Assembly (NCBI GenBank): GCA_963536495.1
Contig: CAUTAF010000008.1
Location: 4,627-68,626, forward strand
Length of the DNA stretch: 64,000 bases
Source of the DNA: an uncultured Eubacteriales bacterium
GTDB lineage: Bacteria; Bacillota_I; Bacilli_A; RF39; UBA660
Direction: 5' to 3'
Made by a program: the position numbers and the translations under genes. The notes below the pieces were generated by a model. It had not been told where the DNA came from. It saw only the letters and a program-made list of their open reading frames with translations, and ran no database searches. Of this stretch, positions 1-9,617 are shown in pieces (within the stretch, counting starts at the first letter, position 1; each line of letters begins with the position of its first letter).

Positions 1-323
1 AAATTTAATATAGTTGCTTTTGTTTCAGTTTCCTTTATTGTTTCATAACATTCTTTTTCTTTTTTATCTATAACATCAAATCCATTTGTAATAAAATTGA
101 GATGTGTTATAGAATGATTATTAGTTATTCCAGTAAAAACTTCTAATTCTGCTTGAGAAAAACTTATTTCTATTTCTTTGTTATTTTTTATTATAACTCT
201 ATTTAATTTTTTATGAAATTTTACCATTAAAATAAAAACTATACAATACAAAATACTTAATCCTAAAAACATAAAACCTTTTATTCCTAAATTTATTCCT
301 AAATTCTCTAAAACTATCCACAT
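1..323 (-). CDS. hypothetical membrane protein (C-terminus beyond window edge)
   Basis: The frame is open from the window edge to the ATG at 323-321 (MWIVLENLGINLGIKGFMFLGLSILYCIVFILMV...). It has a hydrophobic N-terminal helix. It is absent from the ORF track because it runs off the window. Confidence 0.45.
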   Translation of the reverse strand, partial: MWIVLENLGINLGIKGFMFLGLSILYCIVFILMVKFHKKLNRVIIKNNKEIEISFSQAELEVFTGITNNHSITHLNFITNGFDVIDKKEKECYETIKETETKATILN

Positions 324-365
324 TCAAATCACCTCAATTTTTTGCCCCAATTTTTACCTAATCCA

Positions 366-953
366 TTATTTACTTAGTAAATATTCTAAGTTCTTTATAT
401 CTTTACACTCAACACTTGCTAAAATATCATTTATTTTCTTATTTATTTTATTTGTTATATCATCACAATGTATTTTTTTCTTATCAACTTCGATATATTG
501 TTTTTTACCTTTTAAGGCTTGTTCAAATACATTTAATGTTAAGACTGTTAATACTGCTAAGAAAAAATAAAAATTCCCAACATCTTTATAAAATGCAAAA
601 TTTGTTAGCATTGCTATTGCATACATTAGAAATATATTTGTTTTATAGTCTTCAACTTTTTTTAACATTCCTAAATATTCAATACTTGCTTTAGAATGAT
701 GTTTAATCATTTCTTTACTTGCCATTCTATAATTAAAATTTATATAAGATAACATCACATCACTTTTAAGAAATTTCTCTTTTACTAAAACTATATCTAA
801 ATAATATTTAACTTGTGTCTTTTCAACTTCTTTATAAAATTCTTCTTCAATTTTAAATTTCTTTTTCTCTACTTTAGCTGAAAAATAAAATTGATACACC
901 ATATAAACTGTAATTGCTATTACAAAAAATATAAACCACATATTTATTTCCAC
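366..953 (-). CDS. hypothetical membrane protein
   Basis: 195-aa ORF with about 3 hydrophobic helices (MWFIFFVIAITVYMVYQFYF; IFLMYAIAMLTNFAFY; FYFFLAVLTVLTLNVF). It is tightly spaced behind 968..2029. Confidence 0.6.
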   Translation of the reverse strand: MEINMWFIFFVIAITVYMVYQFYFSAKVEKKKFKIEEEFYKEVEKTQVKYYLDIVLVKEKFLKSDVMLSYINFNYRMASKEMIKHHSKASIEYLGMLKKVEDYKTNIFLMYAIAMLTNFAFYKDVGNFYFFLAVLTVLTLNVFEQALKGKKQYIEVDKKKIHCDDITNKINKKINDILASVECKDIKNLEYLLSK

Positions 954-967
954 TTTCCTTTCTTACT

Positions 968-2029
968 TTATATTTTTCTTATTTTTTCTATATTTAATGA
1001 TTTTAAAGTGCTAATAACATCATTTTTATCTTTTTTTGTTAATCTATATATTTCTTCTAAACCATATCTATATTCATAAGAATTAAATTCTTCAAAAATT
1101 TCTTCTATTTTACTTGATTTTACAATTTCTTCTTGCTCTTTTTCATATATTTCTATATCTTGTTTTACAAAATCTAATATATCAGTCCATTTTAAAGGAA
1201 TATCTTGAATTTCCAAAAATCTATTGATTAAAAGTTTTATAAAAAAATTAATCATTGTCGTTCTTATCTCTTCCATATTTGTATCTATATACTTTACATT
1301 AAAGTCGTTTTCTTCTGCTATTCTTAAAAGTTTAAAAGCCAAGTCTTTGTTAAGACTGTTTTTTATCCCATTAGTTTCACTGAAATTTATAATTGTACGA
1401 TTTAAAAGTTCTTCATCTGTTTTATTAGGTTCTTTTTCTTTTAAATCCCAAAACCAATCAATAAATTTTTTATCTAACATTACATTAAATGTAGTATAGC
1501 CACTTATTCTTCCCTTATCAACCATTAAAAATGTTCTTGGAACAATTTGACTTTCAATATAAGTTGAGTATATAGCAATTACATCACCTATTAGTAAATT
1601 GTTTTTGTTTCTTTCGTAATTAAAATCTATTACACTAATATCTCCAGTTTCCCTATCATAATCTCCGTAAATGTAACCATTTACTTTATTTTCAAGAATT
1701 AAATAAAATATTCTATTTTTATCTTTTTCAATAATTTTCTTTAATTGTTTCAAAGAATAGTTTTTCCCAAATTCTGTATCTGTTATATGTTCTAATATTT
1801 CTTCAAACTTTTTGTTTGCTCCATTTACTATCTTTTTTATTTTTTCTTTAAAAACAACTTCTTCACAATTCGTATTAGTGATTTGTAAATTGTTTGAATT
1901 ATTATCTGAATTAATTTCAAATAAAAAATCTCCAAAAAATCTACATAAATTCATTTTTTGGGTTAAATTTATATCAGAATTAATAAAATCAATTATATCT
2001 TTTTTATAAATTTCTTTTTTATTCAACAT
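968..2029 (-). CDS. hypothetical protein
   Basis: 353-aa ORF and the first gene downstream of the cassette promoter at 2093..2121. No recognisable motif. Confidence 0.65.
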   Translation of the reverse strand: MLNKKEIYKKDIIDFINSDINLTQKMNLCRFFGDFLFEINSDNNSNNLQITNTNCEEVVFKEKIKKIVNGANKKFEEILEHITDTEFGKNYSLKQLKKIIEKDKNRIFYLILENKVNGYIYGDYDRETGDISVIDFNYERNKNNLLIGDVIAIYSTYIESQIVPRTFLMVDKGRISGYTTFNVMLDKKFIDWFWDLKEKEPNKTDEELLNRTIINFSETNGIKNSLNKDLAFKLLRIAEENDFNVKYIDTNMEEIRTTMINFFIKLLINRFLEIQDIPLKWTDILDFVKQDIEIYEKEQEEIVKSSKIEEIFEEFNSYEYRYGLEEIYRLTKKDKNDVISTLKSLNIEKIRKI

Positions 2030-2092
2030 TTCATTTTCACCAATCCCTTTTTTGATAAGATAAAAAAATAATTTTATCTTTTGAGTATTTAT

Positions 2093-2121
2093 ATTATACC
2101 ATATATTACAAAATATTACAA
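2093..2121 (-). promoter_or_regulatory. sigma70-type promoter, extended -10 (cassette promoter P1)
   Basis: Minus strand reads TTGTAA-17nt-TATAAT with TGG immediately 5' of the -10 (TGGTATAATATAAATA). Confidence 0.6.
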
Positions 2122-2356
2122 TAAATTAAGTCTATCTTGCTTGTTTTTATTATATCGTTTTTAAATGTTTATTATTAATTATATCAATGATATATAAGAA
2201 AATAAAGTGCAAACAAATTCTTTTAACAAAATGCTAAAATTTTTTTAATATTTTTTTAAAAAAATAGAAAATTATTTCTATAAATGTTATGATATAGATA
2301 GGTAGAATAATTTTGGTAGAAATTGAAAAAAATATAGAAAAAAGGGTGTAAAAATT

Positions 2357-3244
2357 ATGATTAGATTAAAGGAATTAGAAGTAGACAACGAAAATCTTCC
2401 TTATGGAGATAGTTATGATAGTTACGAATTTGAAAAAGATAATAAAAAATATATTTTAGATTTAAAATATTCCTATTCTGAGGGTGATGATGAACAAAGT
2501 CTTAAAACGAAAACTATCTATGAAATTTCAGAAAATACTAAAGAGAAAGAAAAAATATATGAATACATTGAAAATTCTTCTATTAAAGACTATGAAGAAA
2601 GTTGTTATCAAAATATTTTTAAAATTGATAAAGAAATTTTAGAAGATAGTGCTTTAAGATTACCAAGCGAAAAAGAAATCTTAGCCAAACATATAAATGA
2701 AAGTCATTACAATGAAGACTTTATAGCAAATCAAAAAGAACATTACTTTAACCAATTTAAAGATATATTTTCTGATTTAGTAGAAGAAAGAAAATTGCAA
2801 GATAAGTTGCCACCATTTCAAATTATTACTGAAAATGGAGTAGGACTTGACGAAAATAAAAATGTATCTGATGAACTCAAAAATCTAATATTAGATGTTA
2901 AAGATGAAGAATTTTGGGATAATCTAAATTTAAAAGATATAAGGAATTTTGAAGAATTTGCTGATTTAGGAGTTGTTAATATACTTGTTACTGATATAGA
3001 AAAAGACGGATTTAAAGAATATACTAACTATAATGATTATATTAGTCCAACTGTAAAAGAAGAACTAAGCAAAGATTTTAAAGATAAATTATCTAAAGGT
3101 AATATTGAAGAATTTGAAAACGAATTAAAAGATAAAGTTTTGACTAAAGTATCTTCTGATAAAACTATTAAAAGTGAAGATAAAGAATTTACAAAAGAAT
3201 TTGAAAAAGTTTTTGCTGAAAACGATAGAGGAAAAGAGTTTTAG
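2357..3244 (+). CDS. acidic hypothetical protein, family D
   Basis: 295-aa ORF, one of three credible plus-strand genes. It is a paralogue of 3287..4177 (KLQDKLPPFQI vs NLQDKLPDFQI; EFENELKDK vs DFENELKQ; both end in ..EF) and is very D/E-rich. Confidence 0.7.
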   Translation: MIRLKELEVDNENLPYGDSYDSYEFEKDNKKYILDLKYSYSEGDDEQSLKTKTIYEISENTKEKEKIYEYIENSSIKDYEESCYQNIFKIDKEILEDSALRLPSEKEILAKHINESHYNEDFIANQKEHYFNQFKDIFSDLVEERKLQDKLPPFQIITENGVGLDENKNVSDELKNLILDVKDEEFWDNLNLKDIRNFEEFADLGVVNILVTDIEKDGFKEYTNYNDYISPTVKEELSKDFKDKLSKGNIEEFENELKDKVLTKVSSDKTIKSEDKEFTKEFEKVFAENDRGKEF

Positions 3245-3286
3245 AAGACAAATTTAAAAATAATATAAATTGAAAGGAATGGTAAT

Positions 3287-4177
3287 ATGTCTAAATTAGA
3301 ATTTATTGAATTTGATAAGAAAAAAGAAGTTGATAGATTTTTGTATTCAAACAATGGAGAAGAATATATAGTAGAAAAAGGTAAATATTATGATAGTGAT
3401 TTACAAGAATATGGTGATTACGAACATTCTTCTAAAACTATTTTTAATAAAGATAAAACAGAAGAATTATATGATTTTTCGACTGTTATTAGTATTCATT
3501 CAGTTTATCAAAATTGTTATCAAGATATTTATAAATTAGATGATAGTGTCTTAAAGGATTTAGAATTTCCTACTCAAAGAGAAGTCTTAGCTACAAGCCT
3601 TATTGAATATAAAGGCGAAGAAGAAAGAATACAAGAGAACATAGATAATTATTTTAATCATTTTAAAGAGGCTTTTCCTGAAATTATAGAAAAGAAGAAT
3701 TTACAAGATAAACTACCTGATTTCCAAATTTATTCAAATAATGGTATGGAATTTGATAGTGCAAATCCAAGTGAAATTAGTAATAATTTAAAAAAGGCTA
3801 TCATAGAATTTGAAGATGAAGAATATCTTAATAATATGGACTTGAAAAATATAGAAGAATGGAGTATTCTTAAAGATAATGGTATAGTCAACATCATATA
3901 TGATAGTAAAGATTTTTTAGGAAGAGATAGCAAAGAAGAATATACTACCTATGAGAAATATTGTGAAAATACAGTAAAAGAAGAACTTTGTAAAGAATTA
4001 GTTGAAAAATATGAAAAAGGTGAAGATTTAAAAGATTTTGAAAACGAATTAAAACAAATTACTCTTGAAAAAAGAGGTGAACTTCCTGAAAAAGTGGATA
4101 AGAACATTGAAAAAAAGTTTGAAATAGAAGATAAAGAAAAATCTTCTGAAAAATCTTCTGATGAAGTAGAGTTTTAA
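3287..4177 (+). CDS. acidic hypothetical protein, family D
   Basis: 296-aa tandem paralogue of 2357..3244, with RBS-like GAAAGGAATGG upstream of the ATG. Confidence 0.7.
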   Translation: MSKLEFIEFDKKKEVDRFLYSNNGEEYIVEKGKYYDSDLQEYGDYEHSSKTIFNKDKTEELYDFSTVISIHSVYQNCYQDIYKLDDSVLKDLEFPTQREVLATSLIEYKGEEERIQENIDNYFNHFKEAFPEIIEKKNLQDKLPDFQIYSNNGMEFDSANPSEISNNLKKAIIEFEDEEYLNNMDLKNIEEWSILKDNGIVNIIYDSKDFLGRDSKEEYTTYEKYCENTVKEELCKELVEKYEKGEDLKDFENELKQITLEKRGELPEKVDKNIEKKFEIEDKEKSSEKSSDEVEF

Positions 4178-4200
4178 AATCTTCCTTGATATTTTATATA

Positions 4201-4238
4201 AAAAAAGCATATACTACTAAAAATAGTATGTGCTTTTT
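4201..4238. terminator. bidirectional intrinsic terminator between convergent genes
   Basis: AAAAAA-GCATATACTA-ctaaaaa-TAGTATGTGC-TTTTT. The stem is 10 bp with one G.U, flanked by an A-run and a T-run. Confidence 0.7.
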
Positions 4239-4257
4239 ACTTTGTTATATAACCACA

Positions 4258-4977
4258 TCATATAACTACAATTCTATCATTTTCTTTATCTATTTTTACT
4301 GAATAGAATAGAACTTCTTTATTCCTGTAAGTTAAACTTTTTTCTAATACTCTAGTTGTTTCGTCCTTTACTGTTTTAAAAACAGTGTAATCATCTAAAT
4401 TTATCTTATTTTTTAAATGCTTGTTCAAAAAAGGAATTTCCATTCTGCTATGGTAAAGTTGAAAAACAAATTTATTGTTAGAACATAAATAATTAGTAAA
4501 ATCCTTTTCTAATGGAATAAGTAAAGATAATAAATAACTATAATCAATAGCAAAAGTAATACATTCAACATTCTTTTCCTTTATTTTTCTAAAAATAAAA
4601 TCCATAATTTCTATAAGTTTATCAACTAATTTTTTGTGCTTAATTTCATCAAGTTCTTTTTTTATTCTCTCACAATTAATGTAGATAGTGAATTTATCTT
4701 TATAAAACTCTCTTATATCATTTATATTAGTTTCTTCTGAAATTTTTATTAAATGTGGTATAAAACCTCTATTCAGTCTAAAATCTAATGTGTCGTTTGC
4801 AATGTAATGTTTGTTATCAAAAATTATCATATTTACATTATTTTTTACTATGTTTGGATAGACTATTTTTTCTTCATATCCTGTCTTAGTAGGTGCAAAA
4901 AATATTATGTTTTTGTTTTCTTTATATCTCACTTCTTTAGATAGAATTGTACTTTTACCTAAAATTAAGCCTTTCAT
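4258..4977 (-). CDS. VirD4/TraG-like NTPase-core paralogue with degenerate Walker A (family A)
   Basis: IIFFAPTKTGYEEKIVYPNIV...MIIFDNKHY aligns with ILVGAPTRTGKGVSLIIPTLI...VFVLDIKGE of the VirD4 at 42561..47087. The P-loop GK is replaced by GY, and the Walker-B position reads ECITFAIDYS. Confidence 0.55.
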   Translation of the reverse strand: MKGLILGKSTILSKEVRYKENKNIIFFAPTKTGYEEKIVYPNIVKNNVNMIIFDNKHYIANDTLDFRLNRGFIPHLIKISEETNINDIREFYKDKFTIYINCERIKKELDEIKHKKLVDKLIEIMDFIFRKIKEKNVECITFAIDYSYLLSLLIPLEKDFTNYLCSNNKFVFQLYHSRMEIPFLNKHLKNKINLDDYTVFKTVKDETTRVLEKSLTYRNKEVLFYSVKIDKENDRIVVI

Positions 4978-5086
4978 TTTTATTTCCCCTTTATTTTTAC
5001 TTGATAATTGTCTTCTCTTATATCACAAATCTTTGAAGTTTTATTAGAAGTTTCCCAAAATTCATCTTCATTGATTACATCATTGA

Positions 5087-5815
5087 TTACATCTTTTTTT
5101 TTAATTCTATTTTAATAAAATCCAGTTCTTTATCTTTATAAACTAATTTATCTAACAAAACATTGTTTTCAACTAATTTTAAAGTAATACAATCACTTTC
5201 TTTTATTTGACATTCAACAGGTGTTCCAAATCTTTCTTGAACTTCTGATAGAAAATCTTCAGATTGTACTTGAAATACCATTTTATTATTTTTACATTGA
5301 AATTGTTTTAAGTTTATATTCCATTGAACTAATAGTTCAGGATTTTCAATAAGTGATAAACATTCAACATTCTTTTCTTTTATCTTAGCAAAAACCTTTT
5401 CAATTAAATCTTTTACTTTAGAAAGTAATTTCTTAGAATTTTCAATTATTTCTTCAGTTGCGTCTTCTCTTTTTGAAATATCATTACATAAATATGGTTT
5501 ATGTAAGTTTATATATAGAGTGAATTTATCATCTAATTTATTCAAAATATCGTCTATATTTACTTCATCATAAAAATTTACATTTATTGTTTTATATCCT
5601 AGTTCTTCTCTTTTATCTTTACTTACTAAATAATGCCAACCTTTATAATCAAATACTATGATATTTGTTTTATTCAAAAATAGATTAGGTACAAATATTT
5701 TACTTTCATACCCACTTCTTGTCGGTGCAACTAATATCACATCTTTTTCTTCTTTTAAACTAACAGTTGTTGTTTGCCCTAAAATTTTTTCAGTTCCTAA
5801 AATTAAATTTGCCAT
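5087..5815 (-). CDS. VirD4/TraG-like NTPase-core paralogue with degenerate Walker A (family A)
   Basis: VILVAPTRSGYESKIFVPNLF...IIVFDYKGW. The Walker-B position reads ECLSLIENPE. It is a clear paralogue of 4258..4977 (KFTLYINL/KFTIYINC; KIKEKNVEC in both). Confidence 0.55.
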   Translation of the reverse strand: MANLILGTEKILGQTTTVSLKEEKDVILVAPTRSGYESKIFVPNLFLNKTNIIVFDYKGWHYLVSKDKREELGYKTINVNFYDEVNIDDILNKLDDKFTLYINLHKPYLCNDISKREDATEEIIENSKKLLSKVKDLIEKVFAKIKEKNVECLSLIENPELLVQWNINLKQFQCKNNKMVFQVQSEDFLSEVQERFGTPVECQIKESDCITLKLVENNVLLDKLVYKDKELDFIKIELKKKM

Positions 5816-5824
5816 TTTTTCTCC

Positions 5825-6145
5825 TTAATTTTCAATATTATTTTTTTTAAAAATCATTGTATTATAGGTATTACTATTCAAATTGTTGCTATTATCAGTA
5901 AAATTATATAGTTGATAACCTTTTAATTCGGCATATTCTAAAATTTCATCTCTATTTTTTTCTGAAACATTATCTAAAAAAACATATTTGCTATTTTCTT
6001 TAAATTTTTTTGTTTTTTCTTTAAAATCATTAAAGACAACATTTTTATTTAAAAACATCAAAGCTAGAATTACTCCAAAGGTAACACCTGTAATATTACC
6101 TATTACCATACCTAAAGCTATTTTTGTATCGACTTGTTTTTCCAT
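5825..6145 (-). CDS. small membrane-anchored hypothetical protein
   Basis: 106 aa with an N-terminal TM helix (ALGMVIGNITGVTFGVILALMFL). Confidence 0.6.
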   Translation of the reverse strand: MEKQVDTKIALGMVIGNITGVTFGVILALMFLNKNVVFNDFKEKTKKFKENSKYVFLDNVSEKNRDEILEYAELKGYQLYNFTDNSNNLNSNTYNTMIFKKNNIEN

Positions 6146-6171
6146 TTTATCCCCTTTTTAAAACTTTAATT

Positions 6172-6471
6172 CTAATAATTTAGTTCTCTTAATATATCTT
6201 CATATTCTTTTTTTGTTACATAACATCTAATTAAAGTAACCCCTTTTATATTCTCTCGTAATTCTAAATAATTTCCATCATCTACCGATATTTTATATAC
6301 AGTCGCTGATTGCTCACTATTACTCATAGTGTAAACAATATTTATCATATCATTATTTATAACAATACTTCTTATGTATCTTTGATTAAGAAAAATTGTT
6401 TCTTTTTCTAAAACTTGATTTTTTTCTAATCTTGATACTCTATTTATTTTTAAAAAATTCTTCATATCCAT
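6172..6471 (-). CDS. small hypothetical protein, family C
   Basis: 99 aa. The core FLNQRYIRSIVINNDMINIVY is shared with 6563..6913 and 6927..7223. Confidence 0.6.
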   Translation of the reverse strand: MDMKNFLKINRVSRLEKNQVLEKETIFLNQRYIRSIVINNDMINIVYTMSNSEQSATVYKISVDDGNYLELRENIKGVTLIRCYVTKKEYEDILRELNY

Positions 6472-6489
6472 AATAATTTCTCCAATGTT

Positions 6490-6525
6490 GACAAATAAAA
6501 AGGGTAAAACCCCTTTTCATTTGTC
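6490..6525 (-). terminator. intrinsic terminator/attenuator hairpin
   Basis: Minus strand reads GACAAATGAAAAGGGG-TTTTA-CCCTTTTTATTTGTC. The G/C core is followed by a U-rich tract, 40 nt after the stop of 6563..6913. Confidence 0.5.
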
Positions 6526-6562
6526 TGTCTGTTTAAAAAATATATTAAAAATTTAATTAGGA

Positions 6563-6913
6563 CTAAAATTTGAAACATTTATTTAGTTGCATTAATAGTG
6601 TCGTATATTCGCCACTTTCAATATATAAATTAATAACTTTAATACAATTTTTATCTGCTACATTACATTCCTTAACTATTTTATAATTTTCACCATTTTT
6701 CAAAGTTTTTTCTTCTTCTTTTAAAGAATATATGTTATATTCCGATAATTCGTTAGGCTTTTCTTCATATAATATTTTTACAGTATTTTTATCTAATTCT
6801 CCATTTTCGTCAATTACCATACTTCTTATGAAATTCTTATTGAAAAATATAACTTGCTCAATAAATTTCTTATCATCAGTTTTTTTATTAGTTACTTTAA
6901 CTTTAATAAACAT
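6563..6913 (-). CDS. small hypothetical protein, family C
   Basis: 116 aa; FFNKNFIRSMVIDENG core. Confidence 0.6.
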   Translation of the reverse strand: MFIKVKVTNKKTDDKKFIEQVIFFNKNFIRSMVIDENGELDKNTVKILYEEKPNELSEYNIYSLKEEEKTLKNGENYKIVKECNVADKNCIKVINLYIESGEYTTLLMQLNKCFKF

Positions 6914-6926
6914 TTTTCACCTTTTC

Positions 6927-7223
6927 CTATTTTAATAATTCTTGCAACCTAAAAAATTCAATTTCTTCAACATAACAATTACTTCTTCCTAATATTTCCA
7001 CATAATTACTTACTTCTTTTTTTTCAAGATTTTCTTTGAAAATTCTATACTCAGAACTTAAAGTAACAGGATTTTTAGTTCTAGTGTGAATTATTATCAT
7101 ATCATTATTTATATTGAAATTAGTGATATAATTAGGATTAATTCCTATTGTAATCATCTCTTTTTCATCATTTTCTTTATATTCTTTAATCGTTCTTATT
7201 TTAAAAAAATCGTTCATATTCAT
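6927..7223 (-). CDS. small hypothetical protein, family C
   Basis: 98 aa; GINPNYITNFNINNDMIIIH core. The C-terminus ..EEIEFFRLQELLK resembles ..KKEYEDILRELNY of 6172..6471. Confidence 0.6.
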   Translation of the reverse strand: MNMNDFFKIRTIKEYKENDEKEMITIGINPNYITNFNINNDMIIIHTRTKNPVTLSSEYRIFKENLEKKEVSNYVEILGRSNCYVEEIEFFRLQELLK

Positions 7224-7245
7224 TTTTTTTCTCCTTTATTTATAA

Positions 7246-7617
7246 TTAATTAACATCAAACAAATTTTTAGCTTGAAATAAATGACTAAATCTATTTCTC
7301 AACTTTTTATCATTAGCCATTATTTCTTTTAAAGACTTTTTAGAATAATTAAAATACCAATTCAAACCATTTTCTTCTCTGTTTTTATAGTTGAAACCTG
7401 CTTTTAACATAGCACCTTTAAATGCTCCATTACTTATATAAAATCCAATTTCGCTGTATTCAAAAATATGTTTTAAACCATAAGAACTTTTTCCTCTGTT
7501 TATGTTTTTTGTCTTAGAAATCTTACTACACCATTCAACTAAAGTTTTTTGTTCTTCTTTTGTAAGATTTTCAAAATCTTCAGGTAGATTATTAGCTGTT
7601 ATTTCATTTCTTTTCAT
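7246..7617 (-). CDS. hypothetical protein
   Basis: 123 aa. The segment GKSSYGLKHIFE..GFYISNGAFKGAMLKAGF looks like a conserved domain, but I cannot name the family. Confidence 0.6.
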   Translation of the reverse strand: MKRNEITANNLPEDFENLTKEEQKTLVEWCSKISKTKNINRGKSSYGLKHIFEYSEIGFYISNGAFKGAMLKAGFNYKNREENGLNWYFNYSKKSLKEIMANDKKLRNRFSHLFQAKNLFDVN

Positions 7618-7629
7618 AATTTTTTCTCC

Positions 7630-8277
7630 CTAGAACAATTCATCTAAACTATTTGTTTCTAAAGGTTCTATTTCAAATTCTATATAACCTTTATAAATTT
7701 CTTCAGCCATTTCATCAAGTTTATCTAAATCAACCTTTTTAAACTCACTTATATTTTCTTTAAAATCTTTAAGTTCATTAAAGGTCATATCTTTATTTAT
7801 AAACTCTAAATTGCAAGAATTTGTTCTTAAAGTTCCCTTTATTATTCTTCCTAAAATATTCTTTTCATCATATTTTATCCAAGACTTAACATTGTAAAGT
7901 CCATTATGTAAGTTTTCTACTCTTGTAAATAGAATGTAAATGGTTTTAGTTTCTCCGTCCATTCCACTTACTGTATCTTCATCTATCTTATATAAGAATT
8001 TTACATCTTCATTAGAACATTTACAAGAAAGATATTTTTTTAGTTCAGGTACTAATTTTTCTTTATTAGTAATATATTTTTCTAAAACTTCATTAGGTGC
8101 AACTTCAATTTCTTTTTGTCTAATAGCTAATAATATTGCCTCTTCTTCATTTGTTTGTTGTTTTTTATTGAAAATTTTGTCTTTAAAATTTTGAAAAGCT
8201 GTCTTATCAGTTTCAAAACTTATTTCCAATCTTTTTAATTTCTTTTCTTTGATTTGATTTAATGTGTATTTTTCCAT
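7630..8277 (-). CDS. hypothetical protein, family J
   Basis: 215 aa. YILFTRVENLHNGLYNVKSWI and the C-terminal EIEPLETNSLDELF parallel 28952..29722 and 29756..30448. Confidence 0.65.
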   Translation of the reverse strand: MEKYTLNQIKEKKLKRLEISFETDKTAFQNFKDKIFNKKQQTNEEEAILLAIRQKEIEVAPNEVLEKYITNKEKLVPELKKYLSCKCSNEDVKFLYKIDEDTVSGMDGETKTIYILFTRVENLHNGLYNVKSWIKYDEKNILGRIIKGTLRTNSCNLEFINKDMTFNELKDFKENISEFKKVDLDKLDEMAEEIYKGYIEFEIEPLETNSLDELF

Positions 8278-8313
8278 ATTTTTTCTCCTTTTGTGTTGTT
8301 TTTTAATATTTAT

Positions 8314-8342
8314 ATTATACCATAAAATTCTTTATTTTTCAA
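8314..8342 (-). promoter_or_regulatory. cassette promoter P2
   Basis: TTGAAA-17-TATAAT with TGG (TATGGTATAATATAAAT), 35 nt upstream of the 7630..8277 start. Confidence 0.6.
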
Positions 8343-8370
8343 GGTAATTATTTAGAATTGTTTAAAAAGA

Positions 8371-8399
8371 ATGTCCTAAAATTAATTTTTTTAGGACAT
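8371..8399 (-). terminator. intrinsic terminator after telA-like gene
   Basis: ATGTCCTAAAA-N7-TTTTAGGACAT. On the minus strand it is followed by TCTTTTT. Confidence 0.6.
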
Positions 8400-8419
8400 C
8401 ACTCTTTTGTTTAATTTCA

Positions 8420-9565
8420 TTAATTTAATTTCATAACTTTTTCTTTTTCCATTTTAGCATTAAAATTATGAATTTCTTCTATATTCTTTTCTCTGTCAAT
8501 TCTTGCTTTTTCTCTTAAATCTCTTATTTCTTTTATTCCTTTTTGTACAACTTCAAAGTTTTGTTTTAATGTTTCTATACTTATTGGCGAAGTGTTAGAA
8601 ACTTTTGCTATATCTACTGCTGTTTTTGTTATATTTACAGCATTTCTTTTCATTAAATCTTCAGTTGCTTTATCTAAAGTTGTAAAAGTATTCTTTAGTA
8701 AAATTTGTTTCTTAGTTTGTAAAGCAAGTACAATAGCATTTTCAAATAATGGCAATGTTGTTATCAAAGATGATTGTAATTTTCTAGCAAGTCCTATGTT
8801 ATTTCCTGCCATTATTTCTATCATAGGTAGTGTTTGTAAAGATACAGCTTTTACTGTTTCTAAATCATATTTTTTTTGACTTACCATATCTAACAATCCT
8901 TGAGTTCTTGCTATTTCTCTATTCTTATCATTTTCATCTACATTCACTGTATTTGTTATATCATCTAATTTTCTTTTAACTTCTTCTTCAGCAAGTTCAG
9001 TTGCTAATATGTAATCATTAATTTCAACTGAATGTTTGCTAACTACTTCATATAGTTTTTTTAAATCATCTTGGTCTTTTTCTAAACTTGCTTTATAGTT
9101 CATAAGTTCTTGAGTTATTACTTCAATTTCTTTATTCATATTTTCATATTTTTCTAAGAAATTTTTACCTCTATTAAATATCTTTGATAAAATCCCACCC
9201 TCTTTTCTAGGAGGCTTTTCAAAATCACTTATATCAACTTTTTCTATAATTTTTGATAAATTTTTTATAATTTTTGTTGCCTCAATGTTTTCCACATTTT
9301 TAGAACTTGATAATATTTCATTTGAAATTCTTGAAAGTTCTTCAGCTGGTTTTGAACCAAAATTCAAAATAGTTGCTGAATTGTTCACATCAATTTCTCT
9401 AACTAAGGCTTTTACTTCATCACTTTGTTTTCTTGTTATTTGATAATTTTCTTCTAAAATTGCTGGTTTTTCAAGATTAAGTAAGTTTTCTTCCTTTTTT
9501 TCTTCATTTTCATCAATTATTTCAACTACTTCTTCATTTTCTTTTTTTAAAATTTCTTTTTTCAT
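8420..9565 (-). CDS. telA: TelA/KlaA/YceH-family toxic-anion-resistance-like protein
   Basis: 381 aa, all-helical. Length and sequence pattern (ILNFGSKPAEELSRISNEIL..., KYENMNKEIEVITQELMNYKASLEKDQDDLKKLYE..., INDYILA) fit TelA. It is adjacent to a TerD-like gene. Confidence 0.75.
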   Translation of the reverse strand: MKKEILKKENEEVVEIIDENEEKKEENLLNLEKPAILEENYQITRKQSDEVKALVREIDVNNSATILNFGSKPAEELSRISNEILSSSKNVENIEATKIIKNLSKIIEKVDISDFEKPPRKEGGILSKIFNRGKNFLEKYENMNKEIEVITQELMNYKASLEKDQDDLKKLYEVVSKHSVEINDYILATELAEEEVKRKLDDITNTVNVDENDKNREIARTQGLLDMVSQKKYDLETVKAVSLQTLPMIEIMAGNNIGLARKLQSSLITTLPLFENAIVLALQTKKQILLKNTFTTLDKATEDLMKRNAVNITKTAVDIAKVSNTSPISIETLKQNFEVVQKGIKEIRDLREKARIDREKNIEEIHNFNAKMEKEKVMKLN

Positions 9566-9617
9566 ATTTTTTCTCCTTATTCATTTCTGTTTTATATTTT
9601 TTTTATATTTTTTCTTT

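Noticed and set aside
3730-3933. 67-aa minus-strand ORF.
   Set aside because: It is antisense to the well-supported plus-strand gene 3287..4177.
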